From Reclinomonas americana ATCC 50394 (Eukaryota): a stretch of DNA of 64,000 nt. The stretch is taken from assembly GCA_048213135.1 (NCBI GenBank), contig PS015010.1, forward strand, positions 1,178,001 to 1,242,000, given 5' to 3'. Below the pieces are notes generated by a model that saw only the letters and a program-made list of their open reading frames with translations, was not told the origin of the DNA and did no database searches. The stretch's first letter is position 1. The number at the start of each line of letters is the position of its first letter. The position numbers and the translations under genes were made by a program. Positions 61,606 through 64,000 of the stretch are shown here, piece by piece.

Positions 61606-63156
61606 TTACTTCACATCGAAGAGGAGGAAAACGCGTTCAACTTCACCAACGGGTTGCTGCTGCCGCAGCCAGGCATATTTGCCGGTGTTCCAGATGTCGA
61701 GGTATTCATCCACCACCAGCACAAACTTTCCTTTGGCGGGTGTTTCCGGTGCCCGCTGTACTTCCGGATGCCGGGCCAGGTATTGATCGAGTAATATATA
61801 AGCCTGGTCAAAATTCAGGTTACTGGCACCTACATATTTCCAGGCGTTCTTCTTGTCCGGAATCAATTCATTGGTATAGGCGAAGTAGTTATTGTAATAC
61901 CGTATCACACTCACCAGCAGGAACAGGCTGAGCAACCCCGCTATCCACTGCTTTCTTATGGTTAGCCCCTGTTTAAAAATGATGCCGGAAAAAATATGCA
62001 GCAGCGGGTATACAAAAAGGATATGCCGTACACCCACCTGTGTTTTGTAAAGGAAACTCATCAGCAAAACAAAATAAACGACCGGTGCCAGGAGGAACAG
62101 TTCATTACCGGCAAAACTGCGGAACGTATTTTTCTTAACCAGTACGTATACCGCCCAGGCAGAAAAAATCAATACAGGTATGGGCGTTTTGAATAACAAA
62201 GTGACGAAGTAGTAATACCAGAAACTGCCGCCATTACTGGAATGTCCCATAATGGTGACATTGCCGAATGAACTGTTCACAAAACCGCCGCCCAGCTGGT
62301 CATAAAACTTGGCCTGGTCGAGCCCGGTAATGAAAGCGCTGGAAAAAGGAACCGGTATCCGCGGTGGCAGCAATTGCTGTACGTTTTTGAACAGGTCGCT
62401 CATAAAAATATATTCCCCAAGCGGCTTATTCATATCATAAAAAATAAAACCGGCGTTGATGATGGCCCAGTTGATCACACCCACCAGTAATACATCCCTG
62501 AGCACCCGCGAAAAGCGAAGCCTGCGGCGGGTTACCAACGTGTGTATGATTATACAGGCAGGTACCAGGATGTACAGGTGAAACAGCGATTGTTTGGCCA
62601 GTTGCGCCAATCCTAACATAATTGCCAGCCCAAGCAGGTCGGTGGTACGGTGGCTGTTGCAATATCGCCAGAGCATGTACATGACTGCCAGCAGGAAAAA
62701 AACGGAATAGGTATCGGTGGTTACGAGTATGGCAGCGGCCAGGTTATTGGGACAAAAACAAAACAGGAAAGCAGAAAACAATCCTGCAACTCCACCATAC
62801 AACTGCCTGCTCCATTGAAATACCAGTAAAATGATGAGTACGGAGAACAGTAGTGTTATGTACCTGCCGTTGATGGTATCGGCCCTGCCCCAGTCGCTGC
62901 GGCTCAGTTGTCCGCCGGAAAAGAGTTGTTCAGCACCACGGGGTATGGCGTTGAGGGCGGATATGGGCATTTTGCTGTTGTCTTTCTCCGGCCCCGTTCG
63001 TTCAGGATTGCCTTTGATGATGCGGATGCCATAACTGAGGTGAGATCCCTCATCTGCCGTAATGGAAGTGATGTTGATGGAATAGATGCCATTCACCAGC
63101 CAGGCCAGTACCAGCAGCAAAAGAATAAGGTATTGCCTTTTGGGAGGTATGGTCAT
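61606..63156 (-). CDS. ArnT/PMT-like (GT-C fold) membrane glycosyltransferase
   Basis: TADE acidic pair after TM1; multiple TMs; LAKQS, WYYYFV...KTP, GVRHIL..YP. Confidence 0.82.
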   Translation of the reverse strand: MTIPPKRQYLILLLLVLAWLVNGIYSINITSITADEGSHLSYGIRIIKGNPERTGPEKDNSKMPISALNAIPRGAEQLFSGGQLSRSDWGRADTINGRYITLLFSVLIILLVFQWSRQLYGGVAGLFSAFLFCFCPNNLAAAILVTTDTYSVFFLLAVMYMLWRYCNSHRTTDLLGLAIMLGLAQLAKQSLFHLYILVPACIIIHTLVTRRRLRFSRVLRDVLLVGVINWAIINAGFIFYDMNKPLGEYIFMSDLFKNVQQLLPPRIPVPFSSAFITGLDQAKFYDQLGGGFVNSSFGNVTIMGHSSNGGSFWYYYFVTLLFKTPIPVLIFSAWAVYVLVKKNTFRSFAGNELFLLAPVVYFVLLMSFLYKTQVGVRHILFVYPLLHIFSGIIFKQGLTIRKQWIAGLLSLFLLVSVIRYYNNYFAYTNELIPDKKNAWKYVGASNLNFDQAYILLDQYLARHPEVQRAPETPAKGKFVLVVDEYLDIWNTGKYAWLRQQQPVGEVERVFLLFDVK

Positions 63157-63184
63157 AAGCCGTTAATCTATGAATGAACAGGGA

Positions 63185-64000
63185 TCAGTCGTCGAGCTTG
63201 AGTACGGCCAGGAAGGCTTCCTGTGGTACTTCTACGTTACCGATCTGGCGCATACGTTTCTTACCTTCTTTCTGTTTCTCCAGCAGTTTACGCTTACGGC
63301 TGATGTCACCACCATAACATTTGGCGGTAACGTCTTTACGCATGGCGCTGATGTTTTCCCTGGCGATCACTTTGGCGCCAATGGCAGCCTGTATGGCAAT
63401 CTGGAATTGCTGGCGGGTAAGGAGTTCTTTCAGCTTTTCACAAAGTTTACGGCCGAAGTCCTGCGCCCTGCCACGGTGGATCAGCGCGCTGAGGGCATCC
63501 ACTTTTTCACCGTTGAGGAGGATGTCCATTCTTACGATGTCGCTGGGGCGGTACTCTATGGGATGATAGTCGAAAGAAGCGTAGCCGCGGGTTTGCGATT
63601 TGAGTTTATCGTAAAAATCAAAAACGATCTCGGTCAGCGGCATCTCGAACGTGAGCTCTACCCTTGTTGTAGTCAGGTAGCCCTGGTGCGTGAGAATACC
63701 CCTTTTACCAATACACAGGTTCATGATATTGCCGATGTATTCCGGTTTGGTGATGATCTGTGCTTTAATGAAAGGCTCTTCTATCCTGTCGGTACGTGTG
63801 GGATCGGGTAATTCAGCGGGGTTGTTCACCATCACTTTTTCGCCTTTATTGGTATACGCGATGAAGCTAACGTTGGGTACGGTGGTGATCACGGTTTGAT
63901 TGAACTCCCTTTCCAGCCTTTCCTGGATGATCTCCATATGCAGCAGGCCCAGGAACCCGCAACGGAAACCGAAACCCAGCGCCTGCGATGTTTCCAGTTC
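63185..64000 (-). CDS. lepA: Elongation factor 4 (LepA), C-terminal part (5' end outside window)
   Basis: [69 protein letters not shown]. Confidence 0.98.
   Translation of the reverse strand, partial: ELETSQALGFGFRCGFLGLLHMEIIQERLEREFNQTVITTVPNVSFIAYTNKGEKVMVNNPAELPDPTRTDRIEEPFIKAQIITKPEYIGNIMNLCIGKRGILTHQGYLTTTRVELTFEMPLTEIVFDFYDKLKSQTRGYASFDYHPIEYRPSDIVRMDILLNGEKVDALSALIHRGRAQDFGRKLCEKLKELLTRQQFQIAIQAAIGAKVIARENISAMRKDVTAKCYGGDISRKRKLLEKQKEGKKRMRQIGNVEVPQEAFLAVLKLDD

Noticed and set aside
1-64000. Anti-phage defence, toxin-antitoxin, prophage or transposon genes
   Set aside because: No ORF shows recognisable nuclease, transposase, integrase, reverse transcriptase or phage structural motifs. 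The few orphan ORFs mostly carry export signals.

Overview
A 64-kb stretch of a Bacteroidota chromosome, most consistent with Chitinophagaceae. Evidence: a T9SS C-terminal domain, a GLPGLI protein, DUF2851/DUF4199/DUF4846 proteins and TAnnTTTG -7 promoter motifs. It holds about 65 densely packed CDS, mostly core or housekeeping: folP, ndk, arginase, glgB/glgC/glgA, lipA, maf, kdsC, iscX/fdx, topA, ogt, cdd, lepB and a partial lepA. It also holds one tRNA-Pro(GGG), a complete GDP-D-glycero-alpha-D-manno-heptose pathway (hddA-gmhA-hddC-gmhB) with flanking glycosyltransferases, and a TPR histidine kinase/NarL-type regulator module. No transposase, integrase, phage gene, rRNA or CRISPR array was seen. 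The most striking unexplained structure is non-coding: about 14 degenerate 7-bp and 8-bp tandem arrays, most of them hugging gene boundaries. They follow an apparent polarity rule, with the purine-rich arm right after stop codons and the complementary arm right before start codons. Other items worth checking: a divergent pair of Tat-exported proteins (flavin amine oxidase and a CFI-box-CTERM protein), a dihydroorotase homologue lacking its metal ligands, paired palindromic operator boxes beside the two-component system, two suspicious A-homopolymers at a glycosyltransferase junction, and a lipoprotein with a Cys4 domain in front of its signal peptide. All family calls come from motif recognition by eye, not database searches.
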